From NCBI GenBank assembly GCA_037444405.1, contig JBBIML010000011.1, forward strand, positions 1 to 64,000: a stretch of 64,000 bases of DNA, in the 5' to 3' direction. Below, piece by piece: positions 53,663 through 62,008 of the stretch; position 1 is the stretch's first letter; each line of letters opens with the position of its first letter. Position numbers and translations under genes: made by a program. Below the pieces are notes generated by a model. The model had not been told where the DNA came from and did no database searches. It saw only the letters and a program-made list of their open reading frames with translations. This DNA is from Armatimonadota bacterium. GTDB lineage: Bacteria > Armatimonadota > Fimbriimonadia > Fimbriimonadales > GBS-DC.

Positions 53663-53696
53663 TCTTACAGGGGTTCGTGCGCAGGGAGGCAATCGA

Positions 53697-54146
53697 ATGA
53701 GGACCTGTCCGCTCCTGATGTTGGCGTTGATCGCGGGCTGTCAGCCAGCGGATCGCCCGCCCACCATTCGCTACGGGGAGGACGCCTGCGCGAACTGCCG
53801 CATGATTATCAACGAGCCGCCCTACGCCTGCGCCGTTGAAACCGAGCAGGGCGAACTGCGCAAATACGACGACCTCAACTGCATGGTGCTGGACAGCACG
53901 CGCATTAAGCCCCGGCGCTACTGGGTGCATGACTTCGAAAAGCCTGACCGCTGGCTGGACGGCACGCGGGCGTTCTATGTGCGGGCGGACCATCTTCAGA
54001 CGCCGATGGGCAGCCGCACGATTGCTCTTGCGACGCGCGAGCAGGCGGAGCGCAAAGCGCGCGAACTCAACGGCAGGGTGTTCACTTTCGAGCAGATTCG
54101 GCAGGAACTCCTGCCGAAAAAACAACCTTCAGAGAGCAGGAGGTGA
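53697..54146 (+). CDS. nosL: Copper chaperone lipoprotein NosL
   Basis: Lipobox IAGC, CANCRMII, DDLNCM, TPMG; GGGAGG before ATG 53697. Confidence 0.9.
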   Translation: MRTCPLLMLALIAGCQPADRPPTIRYGEDACANCRMIINEPPYACAVETEQGELRKYDDLNCMVLDSTRIKPRRYWVHDFEKPDRWLDGTRAFYVRADHLQTPMGSRTIALATREQAERKARELNGRVFTFEQIRQELLPKKQPSESRR

Positions 54147-54151
54147 AGAGG

Positions 54152-54991
54152 ATGGAACGATGGACATATTTCTGGGCGAAGCGCGTTGCCCTCTGGGGCG
54201 CAATCGCGCTGATGGTCGTGATGTTCACCAGTTGCAGAGGCGGTCAGCAGCAGCAACAGGGTCAGCAGCCTGCTGCTCCGCAGGCGCCGTCGGCGCCAAC
54301 CGGTCAACCGGCTGCAACCGCACCGACGCCGCCACCTGCCCCCACCGATGGCACAGCCACCATCTTCGGGCTGGTCAAGTTCGAAGGCACGCCGCCCAAG
54401 CCAGAACCCATCAGCTTCGGCGCGGAACTGCAGTGCGCTGCCATGCACCCCACACCGCCCACCAAAGAAGACCTGGTGGTGAACCCCAACGGCACCCTGC
54501 GCTGGACGCTGGTCTATGTGAAGGCGGGACTGCCTGCCGATTACAAACCGAGCGTGCCTTCCGAGCCTGTCGTGCTGGATCAAAAAGGGTGCGTGTTTAT
54601 TCCCCATGTGGTAGCCGTGATGGCGGGGCAGGAGATAATCTTCCGCAACAGCGACCCCGTGCTGCACAACACGCGCGGCACATCCAAAAACAACGGCAGC
54701 TTCAACTACACTCAGCCGAAGCAGGGTGAAGAAACCCGCCATGTGTTCAAAAACCCTGAACTGGGCATCAAAACCGTGTGTGATGTGCATCCGTGGATGG
54801 TCAGCTACATCCATGTGCTGTCGAACCCCTTCTTCGCCGTGATGGGCGAGGACGGCAGCTTCACCATCAAGGGTCTCCCGCCTGGCAAATACACGCTGGA
54901 GTTCGTCCACGAGAAGCTGGGCACGCGCACCGTCGAGGTGGAGGCGAAAGCGAACGCCGTCACTCAAACGGAGGTGGCGTTCAAGCAGTAG
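54152..54991 (+). CDS. Lipoprotein with a cupredoxin-like site and carboxypeptidase-regulatory-like domain
   Basis: Lipobox FTSC, Gln/Pro/Ala linker, DQKGCVF.PHV, NSD..LHN, CDVHPWM. Confidence 0.8.
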   Translation: MERWTYFWAKRVALWGAIALMVVMFTSCRGGQQQQQGQQPAAPQAPSAPTGQPAATAPTPPPAPTDGTATIFGLVKFEGTPPKPEPISFGAELQCAAMHPTPPTKEDLVVNPNGTLRWTLVYVKAGLPADYKPSVPSEPVVLDQKGCVFIPHVVAVMAGQEIIFRNSDPVLHNTRGTSKNNGSFNYTQPKQGEETRHVFKNPELGIKTVCDVHPWMVSYIHVLSNPFFAVMGEDGSFTIKGLPPGKYTLEFVHEKLGTRTVEVEAKANAVTQTEVAFKQ

Positions 54992-55002
54992 TGGCGTTCA
55001 AA

Positions 55003-55070
55003 CGGTAGGGGCGAGGCATGCCTCGCCCCTACCGACCCATACCCTCTCCCCCGCTGGGGGAGAGGGTATG
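55003..55070. repeat. Two adjacent perfect palindromes (GTAG-type REP plus boxC-like hairpin) between convergent genes
   Basis: CGGTAGGGGCGAGGCA|TGCCTCGCCCCTACCG (32 bp) and CATACCCTCTCCCCC-gct-GGGGGAGAGGGTATG. Confidence 0.9.
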
Positions 55071-55087
55071 CTTTGACCTGAACAGGT

Positions 55088-55756
55088 TCAGACGCTCCCC
55101 GCCCCGCCCTGTTCGACGCTTTGCGCCTGCAGGCGCACCTGCAGAATCGTGCGCAATGTTGGAATTGCCTGACGCAGCACCTTCGCGCGGTGGCTGATAC
55201 GGTTCTTGAAGGCGGGAGGCAGCTCGGCGAGCGTGCAGCCGAACGCGGGCAGGTAGAAGATGGGGTCATAGCCGAAGCCGTACTGTCCGCGCGGCGCCTG
55301 TGCGATACGCCCCTCCAGCGTGTCTTCAAAAAGGTGCAGGTCGCCTTCGGGCGTGGCAATCGCGACGGCGCAGCGGAAGCGTGCGGTGCGCCGCTCGTCG
55401 GGCACCGCCTGCAATCGCTCCAGTATCAGCCCCATCTTGACGGTGAAGGGCGTCCGCTCGCTTGCGAATCGGCGCGAGTGCAAGCCGGGTTGACCATCCA
55501 GCGCGTCGATCTCCAGCCCCGCGTCGTCCGCCAGCGAGACCTCGCCGGTGAACCGGGCGCAGGCGCGCGCCTTCAGCGCGGCGTTGCCCGCATAGGTCGA
55601 TTCGGTCTCTTCAGGCACGGGCGCGTTCGGATAGTCGCACAACAGCTGAATCTCCACTGGCAAATCGCGCAGACCCTCGCTCAGCAGCGCAACGATTTCG
55701 CGCGACTTGGCGCGATTGTGGCTCGCAATCACCACACGCAGTCGCTCAGCAGCCAT
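55088..55756 (-). CDS. rdgB: Non-canonical purine NTP pyrophosphatase (RdgB/HAM1)
   Basis: ASHNRAK, NAALKA, DDAGL, GFGYDPIF, KNRISHR. Confidence 0.95.
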   Translation of the reverse strand: MAAERLRVVIASHNRAKSREIVALLSEGLRDLPVEIQLLCDYPNAPVPEETESTYAGNAALKARACARFTGEVSLADDAGLEIDALDGQPGLHSRRFASERTPFTVKMGLILERLQAVPDERRTARFRCAVAIATPEGDLHLFEDTLEGRIAQAPRGQYGFGYDPIFYLPAFGCTLAELPPAFKNRISHRAKVLRQAIPTLRTILQVRLQAQSVEQGGAGSV

Positions 55757-56162
55757 CGCCCTCCATCAGCAATCGGTTAATCAGCGCCTTGACCCGCTCG
55801 CCAATCGTGTCGCGAATGCGGCGGAACTCCTCCATCGGCAGCCCGACGGGATCGGGGATGTTCCACTGCTCGCGCACGCCCCCGAAGTTCGCAGGGCACA
55901 GCGTGTCGGTGGATGCATCGCACAGGCTGACCACCGCATCGAAGCTGCCCATATCGAACTCCTCCACCGACTTGGGATACTGGCGGGAGATATCGATGCC
56001 GATCTCGCGCATGGCTTCGACGGCGAGCGGATGCACCCGCGCAGCAGGCATCGTGCCCGCGCTGAAGGCGACCACTTTGCCCTGACCGAGCGCGTTGGCG
56101 AACCCCTCCGCCATCTGGCTCCGACACGAATTGCCCACACACACAAACAGTATCGTTTTCAT
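55746..56162 (-). CDS. arsC: Arsenate reductase / low-molecular-weight tyrosine phosphatase family
   Basis: FVCVGNSCRSQMAE, SAGT, second and third Cys, IPDP. Confidence 0.85.
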   Translation of the reverse strand: MKTILFVCVGNSCRSQMAEGFANALGQGKVVAFSAGTMPAARVHPLAVEAMREIGIDISRQYPKSVEEFDMGSFDAVVSLCDASTDTLCPANFGGVREQWNIPDPVGLPMEEFRRIRDTIGERVKALINRLLMEGDGC

Positions 56163-56163
56163 C

Positions 56164-56910
56164 TCAATAGCCCCGTTGTCTGAACTGTTCGATGCTCTGC
56201 TGATAGCGTTGTTGCCCGTCGGGACGGTTAATGCTGGCGAAGATGGTGGGGGGCTTGCCCGCCGCCACCATTATTTCAACGATACCTGCCACCAGCGCCC
56301 ACAGTGCGGCGGCGGCGCCGATGCCCGAAGCGGGGCAGAATGGCGTTTCCAGCCCCTCAAGGCTCATCATCGCATCACCATAGGGCGCGGCGTTATCGAT
56401 GACCAGATCCGCCACCTCAAAGAGCCGCTTGCCCGACTCATGTTCCGATTCGAGGCGGGACGAGTAGTCGAGGGCGGTGAGCGCGATGGTGAACACTCCG
56501 CGCTGCCGTGCCTGCAACGCCAGCTCCACAGGGATTGGCGTCTTGCCCGACACGCTGCCGATAATCAGCACATCGCCTGGCACGATGCGACTGCGATCCA
56601 GTGCGGCACGCACAATCGCGCGAACAGTATCAGGCGTGGGCCCAGCGCTGATCCCATGCGCCTCGCGATAGGGGTGCGGGTTCTGCACCTGCAGGTCGAA
56701 GCTGAACGGGATGAACGCTGCCAGCCCGCCCGCGCGATTGATAAGTTCACGCGAGACGAGATGCCCTGTGTCGTACACATGGATCGCGCCACCGCGTAGC
56801 AGGCACTGGGCGCACCGCTCAGCTGCCTGCTCAATCGCGCTCAGCGAGCGGCGCTCCAGCTCCTCCAGCTGCTGACGCAGCCGTTGAAAATAGGCTCCGG
56901 GCAGGTTCAT
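56164..56910 (-). CDS. SIS (sugar isomerase) domain protein
   Basis: TGH, RAGGL, GSVSG, LFEVADLVIDN.APYGDA. Confidence 0.85.
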   Translation of the reverse strand: MNLPGAYFQRLRQQLEELERRSLSAIEQAAERCAQCLLRGGAIHVYDTGHLVSRELINRAGGLAAFIPFSFDLQVQNPHPYREAHGISAGPTPDTVRAIVRAALDRSRIVPGDVLIIGSVSGKTPIPVELALQARQRGVFTIALTALDYSSRLESEHESGKRLFEVADLVIDNAAPYGDAMMSLEGLETPFCPASGIGAAAALWALVAGIVEIMVAAGKPPTIFASINRPDGQQRYQQSIEQFRQRGY

Positions 56911-56937
56911 CGGGTTCGATTGTACCCGCCCGCTATC

Positions 56938-57672
56938 TCACCATGGTGTGGGCACGCGGCTCGGATCCTCGATCGCCCGTATCTCCGTTTTGATGCCCCA
57001 CTGCTGCAGGTCTTTGACCAGCATTTCGGCTTTTCGGCGTGGCAGGTTGGTCAGAATGACCACGGGCGCACTCTGGAGCAGTTTCTTCACATCGGGTCGG
57101 GTGAGCGTGAGGAACGACTCCAGATGGGCGATGGCTTCTTCTTCCTTCAGGCGTTCCACGCCGAGCAGCACCAGTTCGTAAGGTGTGGGGTCGTCCTGCG
57201 GCAGGGGCATAGAGACCTGTGTTTGTGCGGGGGCGACCACGCTGAACTCGCGCTGGCAATGCTCGCAGATGGCGGTTCGGGCACGGGGTGAGACCTTCTC
57301 GGTGGCGCGGCAGTGGGGGCAGCGCACCGTTACCACCTCCAGCACATGCCCGTTCTCCACCGGCACGAGCCGCCGACAGTGTTCGCAGGTGAAGTCGCTT
57401 TGCGGCGGCGCCACGAACACATTCTCCTTCTGGCAGTAGGGGCAGCTCACGGGATAGGCGGGGATATTGCGCGTTTTATAGAGTGACCAGCCCGCATATG
57501 CCCACGAGCCGAGCCACACCAGCCCGAAACCCCATGAGAAGGAGTGGAACATGCCCCCATAGCGCCAGAACAGCCATGTTAGCAGCAGCATCACCAGCCC
57601 CAGCAAACCATAGATGACGGCTTGCGTGTACTCTTTTTCCACAGCGTCAGAGCGCTTAACTGGCTCTTCCAC
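56938..57672 (-). CDS. Membrane-anchored zinc-ribbon protein with a C-terminal L7/L12-CTD-like domain
   Basis: Two TM helices, four CxxC pairs (CPYC, CEHC, CPHC, CEHC), then VKKLLQSAPVVIL.NL...KAE.L...L; GGGAGG before GTG 57672. Confidence 0.7.
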   Translation of the reverse strand: MEEPVKRSDAVEKEYTQAVIYGLLGLVMLLLTWLFWRYGGMFHSFSWGFGLVWLGSWAYAGWSLYKTRNIPAYPVSCPYCQKENVFVAPPQSDFTCEHCRRLVPVENGHVLEVVTVRCPHCRATEKVSPRARTAICEHCQREFSVVAPAQTQVSMPLPQDDPTPYELVLLGVERLKEEEAIAHLESFLTLTRPDVKKLLQSAPVVILTNLPRRKAEMLVKDLQQWGIKTEIRAIEDPSRVPTPW

Positions 57673-57724
57673 GCTTATCGCCTCCCTGTGGAAAGGGTTC
57701 GACCGACTGCCGCGCGATTCCTGC

Positions 57725-59692
57725 CTATTCCTCCTGACCCTCGTATTTCTCTTTGAGCGCCTGCACGACGGCAGGGTCGGCGAGGGTGGTGGTGTCGCCC
57801 AGCGCACGCCCTTCCGCCACATCGCGCAGCAGGCGACGCATAATCTTGCCACTGCGCGTTTTGGGCAGGTCGGCAGTGAAGATTATATCGTCGGGTCGGG
57901 CAAGCGCGCCGATTTTCGCCACCACATGCTGCTTAAGTTCCTCGCGCAATCGCTCATCGGCGGTGTAGCCCTCTTTGATAATCACGAAGGCAGCCACCGC
58001 CTGGCCCTTGATCTCGTGCGATTTGCCGATGACGGCAGCTTCGGCGACTGCCGGGTGATCCACCAGCGCGCTTTCGATTTCCATCGTGCTGAGGCGATGC
58101 CCCGACACATTGATCACATCGTCCACGCGCCCCAGCAGCCAGAAGTAGCCGTCCTCGTCGCGCTTGGCGCCGTCGCCCGTGAAATAGATGCCGGGGTACC
58201 GGCTCCAGTAGATTTGCTGGAAGCGTTCGGGGTCGCCGTACAGCCCGCGCGTCATCGCCGGCCAGGGGCGCGTCAGCACCAGATAGCCACCCCTGTTCGG
58301 CGGCACCGGGTTGCCCAGCTCATCCAGAATGTCGGGGAACACCCCTGGAAACGGCTTGGTGGCGGAACCGGGCTTGGTCGCCACGATGCCTGGCAGCGGG
58401 GTGATCAGAATCATGCCCGTTTCGGTCTGCCACCAGGTGTCGACAATCGGGCAGCGTCCGCCGCCGATATGCTCGTGGTACCACATCCACGCTTCGGGGT
58501 TGATGAGTTCACCGACGGTGCCCAGCAGGCGCAGACTGCTCAAATCGTGGCGGCGCGGGTACTCTTCGCCCCACTTCATAAAGGCGCGGATGGCAGTCGG
58601 CGCGGTGTACAGAATGTTCACCCGATATTTCTCCACTATCGCCCAGAATCGGTCGCGGTCGGGATAGTCGGGTGCGCCCTCGTAAATCACGCAGGTCACC
58701 CCGTTCGCCAGCGGACCGTACACGATGTAGCTGTGCCCTGTAACCCAGCCCACATCGGCGGTACACCAGAAGATGTCTTCGTCCTTGAGGTCGAAAACCC
58801 ATTTGCTGGTGATGGCGACGCCCACGAGATAGCCGCCTGTGGTGTGCATGATGCCTTTCGGCTTGCCCGTGGAGCCGGAGGTGTAGAGCAGATAGAGCAG
58901 GTCTTCGCTGTCCATCGGCTCTGGCTCGCAGGTGAGCGGCGCGTTCGCCATCAGCTCGTGCCACCAGAGGTCGCGCCCTTCCTGCATCGGCACGGTGTAG
59001 TCGCCACCGATACGCTGATAGACAATCACTTTTTCGATGGAGGGTGTGTTGCGCAGGGCTTCGTCGGCATTGCGCTTGAGCGGCACGATCGAGCCGCGGC
59101 GCCAGCCACCATCGGCGGTGATCAGCACCTTCGCCTGCGCGTCGTTGATGCGGTCAGCGAGGCTCTCCGCGCTGAACCCGCCGAACACCACCGAATGGGG
59201 CGCACCGATTCGCGCACACGCCAGCATTGCAATCACCACTTCGGGGATGAGCGGCAGATAGATACACACACGGTCGCCTTTGCGCACGCCCAGCGCCTTC
59301 AGCACATTGGCAAACTTCTGCACCTCGCGATAGAGGTCGTTGTAGGTCAGCACGCGCTCCTCGCCTGGCTCGCCCTCCCAGATGAGCGCGGCTTTGTTGC
59401 GCCGCCATGTCTTCACATGTCGATCCACGCAGTTGTAGCAGGCGTTCAGCTTGCCGCCGACAAACCACTTCGCATAGGGCGGGTTCCACTCCAGCACCGT
59501 GTGCCATCTCTGATACCAGTCGAGAATCTCGGCGCACTTCGCCCAGAACGCCTCATAGTCGCGCGCCGCCTCTTCATAAATAGCCGCATCGCTGATATTC
59601 GCCTGTCGCACGAACTCTTCCGAAGGCGGGAAGACCCGCTGCTCCTGCAACAACGCCTCAATCGCCATTGTGGTCTGCATCGTCTCCATCAT
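57725..59692 (-). CDS. acs: Acetyl-CoA synthetase (acetate-CoA ligase)
   Basis: [38 protein letters not shown]. Confidence 0.97.
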   Translation of the reverse strand: MMETMQTTMAIEALLQEQRVFPPSEEFVRQANISDAAIYEEAARDYEAFWAKCAEILDWYQRWHTVLEWNPPYAKWFVGGKLNACYNCVDRHVKTWRRNKAALIWEGEPGEERVLTYNDLYREVQKFANVLKALGVRKGDRVCIYLPLIPEVVIAMLACARIGAPHSVVFGGFSAESLADRINDAQAKVLITADGGWRRGSIVPLKRNADEALRNTPSIEKVIVYQRIGGDYTVPMQEGRDLWWHELMANAPLTCEPEPMDSEDLLYLLYTSGSTGKPKGIMHTTGGYLVGVAITSKWVFDLKDEDIFWCTADVGWVTGHSYIVYGPLANGVTCVIYEGAPDYPDRDRFWAIVEKYRVNILYTAPTAIRAFMKWGEEYPRRHDLSSLRLLGTVGELINPEAWMWYHEHIGGGRCPIVDTWWQTETGMILITPLPGIVATKPGSATKPFPGVFPDILDELGNPVPPNRGGYLVLTRPWPAMTRGLYGDPERFQQIYWSRYPGIYFTGDGAKRDEDGYFWLLGRVDDVINVSGHRLSTMEIESALVDHPAVAEAAVIGKSHEIKGQAVAAFVIIKEGYTADERLREELKQHVVAKIGALARPDDIIFTADLPKTRSGKIMRRLLRDVAEGRALGDTTTLADPAVVQALKEKYEGQEE

Positions 59693-59836
59693 CTCACCTC
59701 ACAGGGGAACGATTCGCCAGCAGGCAGCCCTTTTCCTGCTTTATCTATGCCTCTGGGGGGCGAAACGGGATTTTTCTCCCTCTTGCAGGGAACTCTTGAC
59801 AGAGGTCTGGGGTATAATAGGGGTGAGGTGTTGCAT

Positions 59837-60037
59837 ATGGCAACAAGGAACGCAGTCAAGGAAAAGGTTCGCCTGAACGGCGTCGACTATGAGATCACGC
59901 TGACGCCTGCGACCACGAACGACCCGACCACGCTGAACACGCCGATCACTCCGTCTCAGCCGACCACGCCGCAGGAAGTGGTGCGTCGCGCACCTGCCGT
60001 CACCGAGCTGCCGCGCTGGGAGGACGGTATCGGCTAA
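59837..60037 (+). CDS. 66-aa candidate ubiquitin-like modifier ending in Gly
   Basis: TATAAT at 59813 and GAGGTG SD before ATG 59837; MATRNAVKEKVRLNGVDYEITL...VTELPRWEDGIG*; first gene of an E2/JAB-E1 operon. Confidence 0.75.
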   Translation: MATRNAVKEKVRLNGVDYEITLTPATTNDPTTLNTPITPSQPTTPQEVVRRAPAVTELPRWEDGIG

Positions 60038-60067
60038 GCCCTGGATCGCTGTTGCGGGGATGACACC

Positions 60068-60517
60068 ATGAACGCACGCCTGCAGCGGATCGCCTACGAG
60101 GCGGCGCTTGCTGCGACGCACTACTCGCAGACGAAGCAAGCCTCCTATGACGACGAGGACGGGGAGTGGGTCATTATTCACGACTTTCCGCTCCCCCGCG
60201 GCTACAACTACACCACCACCGATGTGCTGATTCTGCTGCCGCGTCACTACCCCCAGACCCCGCCTGACTGGTTCTATGTGGATTACAACCTGCGCTTAGC
60301 GAACGGGCAGCGTCCGCCCCATGTGTTCTATGGCGACACCTCCTATGACCCCAATCGGGGTCAGTTCCGCGAGGCGCCGCCCGCGCTGAAGGGCTGGACC
60401 GCCTGCTGCCTGCACATCCATGAGTGGCGCCCTGCAGCGAACCCGCTGGCAGGGCATTCCCTGCTGAGTGTGTGCGAACTCATTAAGAAGGCGTTTGAAC
60501 GCTGGCGACGCGGGTAG
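60068..60517 (+). CDS. Prokaryotic E2/UBC-fold conjugating enzyme (resembles Prok-E2 family E)
   Basis: WVIIHDFPLPRGY...VLILLPRHYPQTPPDWFY...W..CCLH...WRP pattern. Confidence 0.8.
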   Translation: MNARLQRIAYEAALAATHYSQTKQASYDDEDGEWVIIHDFPLPRGYNYTTTDVLILLPRHYPQTPPDWFYVDYNLRLANGQRPPHVFYGDTSYDPNRGQFREAPPALKGWTACCLHIHEWRPAANPLAGHSLLSVCELIKKAFERWRRG

Positions 60518-60520
60518 GGA

Positions 60521-62008
60521 GTGGAGCCGTTGCAAGCTCTGTGTGGCGAGGTACGCATCACGCGCACGCTCTGGACGCGCCTCACCGAAGCGCTTCTCGC
60601 TGACCGCTGTGTCGAGACGAAGTGCTTCATGCTGTGTCGCACGCTGGAGCTGCCAGGGCGAGCGGTGTTCCTTGTGCGCGAGCTGGTGGAGGTGCCGCCG
60701 GACGCCTACGAGGAGCGCTCCGCCAACCGCGTCATCACCCGCCCGGAGTTCGTGCATACCTTGCTGACGCGCTGCGAAGCGGAGGGCTGGTCGCTGCTGG
60801 AAGCCCACTCCCATCCGTGGACGCCCCGACCGCGCTTCTCCTCGATTGACCACCAGAGCGACTATCAGAAGTTCCGCGTCACCGAGGTGCTATCGCCCCC
60901 GTTTCGGCACGGCACGCTGGTGTTCGGCTCCGACATGGGCTTCGACGGGCACATGTGGGACTATGCGAACCAGCAGGTGGTGCCGATTGAGCGTATTCGC
61001 ATCGTGGGGCTGCCCTGCGAGACGCGCTATGCGACCGACCTCGCGCCGCCGGAGCTGGACAAAGCCCAGCGGGAGCTGTACGACCGTCAGGTACGCGCGC
61101 TCGGTGTGGAGGGTCAGGCGCTGTTGAGCCACCTGCGCGTGGCGATTGTGGGCGCGGGCGGGCTTGGCTCCCAGATTGCGCAGGCGCTCACCCTGCTCGG
61201 CGTCGGACATCTGACGCTGATCGACCCCGACCGACTGGAGCTGAGCAATCTGAACCGCATCGTGGGCGCCACCTGGTATCGCGCGATTCGGCGATGGCGC
61301 AAGGTGAAAGCGCTCGCGCTCTGGTTCAACCGCGCTCGCAGCCCCGAATGGCGCACCATCACGCCCCTGCCCGCCGATGCGCGCTCGCCTGAACTGCTGA
61401 CCACCCTGCTCGAAAGCGATATGCTGATCGGCGCGGTGGACAGCGCGACCGTGCGCCAGTATCTGAACCTGCTGGCGGTGTGCGCATTAATCCCCTATCT
61501 GGACGCGGGTGTCGGTATACGCGCGGAGGCGGGACGCATCGCGCAGGGCGGCGGACAGGTGCAGCTCATCCTGCCGGGCGAGACCGCCTGCCTCAGCTGT
61601 GTCGGGCATCTGGTGCGCCAGAGCGTGGAAGAACAGCTCACCCCTGAACAGCGTGCCATGTCGATCCAGCATGGCTACATTCAGGGCGAGCGGATACCCA
61701 ACCCGCAGGTGGTGTTCCTGAACGGCGTCGTGGCAAACCTGCTGGTGTGGGAGTTCGTGAAGCTGACCACGGGTTGCCTGCCCGCGCAGCCGTATGTCTA
61801 TTACGACCTGGTGGCACAGCAGGCGTTCCCTGCCGAAGCCGAACGCAATCCGAACTGCTTCCTCTGTTCCTATGAGGCAGGTAGCCTGCTGGCAACCGGG
61901 CTGGACGGCATCAATGGCTACCTGAAGCCGCCCCGCCAGAAGGCGCCGCCCGTGCCACGATCCCGAAGCGAATCTCCATCCCCTGACACGGAGGAGAGAC
62001 CCGCATGA
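60521..62008 (+). CDS. JAB/JAMM peptidase - E1 (ThiF-family adenylyltransferase) fusion
   Basis: Glu32 plus HSH-x8-S-x2-D (96-110); YDRQ, VGAGGLGS, IDPD..E.SNLNR, AVDS, two CxxC pairs (357/360, 446/449). Confidence 0.9.
   Translation: MEPLQALCGEVRITRTLWTRLTEALLADRCVETKCFMLCRTLELPGRAVFLVRELVEVPPDAYEERSANRVITRPEFVHTLLTRCEAEGWSLLEAHSHPWTPRPRFSSIDHQSDYQKFRVTEVLSPPFRHGTLVFGSDMGFDGHMWDYANQQVVPIERIRIVGLPCETRYATDLAPPELDKAQRELYDRQVRALGVEGQALLSHLRVAIVGAGGLGSQIAQALTLLGVGHLTLIDPDRLELSNLNRIVGATWYRAIRRWRKVKALALWFNRARSPEWRTITPLPADARSPELLTTLLESDMLIGAVDSATVRQYLNLLAVCALIPYLDAGVGIRAEAGRIAQGGGQVQLILPGETACLSCVGHLVRQSVEEQLTPEQRAMSIQHGYIQGERIPNPQVVFLNGVVANLLVWEFVKLTTGCLPAQPYVYYDLVAQQAFPAEAERNPNCFLCSYEAGSLLATGLDGINGYLKPPRQKAPPVPRSRSESPSPDTEERPA

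Noticed and set aside
59796..59818. Perfect TTGACA/TATAAT promoter for the conjugation operon
   Set aside because: The hexamers are only 11 nt apart, too close to act as one sigma70 promoter; only the -10 box is used as evidence.
57614..59836. 807-aa plus-strand ORF 57614-60037
   Set aside because: Antisense shadow of acs; only the last 66 codons, with their own SD and ATG at 59837, look like a real gene.
60521..62008. ThiF/MoeB as a thiamine or molybdopterin enzyme, or as CBASS Cap2/Cap3
   Set aside because: No thiS/thiG/moaD/moaE or CD-NTase/effector nearby; the JAB fusion and adjacent free E2 point to a different conjugation system.
59837..62008. Microcin C-like RiPP cluster (short precursor plus ThiF adenylase)
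   Set aside because: The precursor ends in Gly rather than Asn, no exporter is adjacent, and E2 and JAB domains are present; not fully excluded.
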